62,391 nt of DNA from an uncultured Gammaproteobacteria bacterium (GTDB taxonomy: Bacteria; Patescibacteriota; Microgenomatia; UBA10105; UBA927). The letters are not shown here. How positions within the stretch are numbered: position 1 is the first letter of the stretch. The stretch lies in NCBI GenBank assembly GCA_964609895.1, contig CAZSTG010000006.1, forward strand, positions 423 to 62,813, given 5' to 3'. Below are more notes on the stretch, generated by a model, which was given only the letters and a program-made list of their open reading frames with translations, did no database searches and was not told the origin of the DNA.

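Noticed and set aside
30283-62363. There are dozens of 60-240-aa minus-strand ORFs (for example 34943..35662, 37061..37768, 42179..42718) and short + strand ORFs in the other two frames.
   Set aside because: They all lie inside the giant + strand ORF. Their translations are low-complexity or Cys/Arg/Ser-rich junk with no motifs. They are typical antisense or off-frame shadows of a long coding region.
30156-62391. The lack of + strand ORFs might mean an alternative genetic code (UGA recoded, code 4/25), or a long non-coding or pseudogenised region.
   Set aside because: The frame starting at 30156 is fully open under the standard code, so no recoding is needed. TGA clearly terminates the genes ending at 13379 and 14926, and the other genes end in TAA or TAG. 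The absence from the track is explained by the ORF having no stop inside the window.

Overview
This 62.4-kb window comes from a standard-code bacterium (TGA terminates the genes ending at 13379 and 14926). Several traits fit an uncultivated CPR/Patescibacteria-like lineage: an interrupted 23S rRNA gene, a short 4-domain S1 protein, radA next to a PIN/TRAM gene, many GT-C membrane proteins, and very large surface proteins. That lineage assignment is inference.

Layout, left to right:
- End of an rRNA operon: 23S 3' exon preceded by about 80 nt of non-rRNA sequence, then 5S.
- Housekeeping and accessory genes: TrmB-like regulator, zinc-ribbon/DUF4145 protein, rpsA, an 811-aa protein with an M29-aminopeptidase-like C-terminal half, radA, and a PIN/TRAM protein.
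- A 1-kb gene-poor island.
- A cluster of one FAD oxidoreductase and four polytopic GT-C/DUF2298 membrane proteins.
- rho with an RGG/QGGY-rich insertion.
- A 1,696-aa protein that reads HTH-HTH-TM-collagen-like-S74 tail-fibre-like.
- A LysM-LysM-M23 peptidase.
- Two tRNA-Ala genes flanking a LAGLIDADG-like ORF, then two small membrane proteins.

Main result: from 30156 to the window end (62391) the + strand is one uninterrupted reading frame of at least 10,745 codons. It is missing from the supplied ORF track, most likely because it has no stop codon inside the window. I translated it by eye. In order it contains:
- an N-terminal signal anchor;
- a Cys/Thr/Pro-rich repeat region;
- a P-loop NTPase-like module;
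- an internal transmembrane cluster;
- a HopA1-like segment;
- long coiled-coil-type sequence;
- two separate protein-kinase-like domains;
- a second transmembrane pair;
- an LCP (LytR-CpsA-Psr)-like domain;
- a Cys/His CHAP/NlpC-P60-like amidase module.

I read this as a giant multi-domain envelope/effector protein and the most interesting object in the window. All domain calls rest on motifs read by eye, not on database searches.
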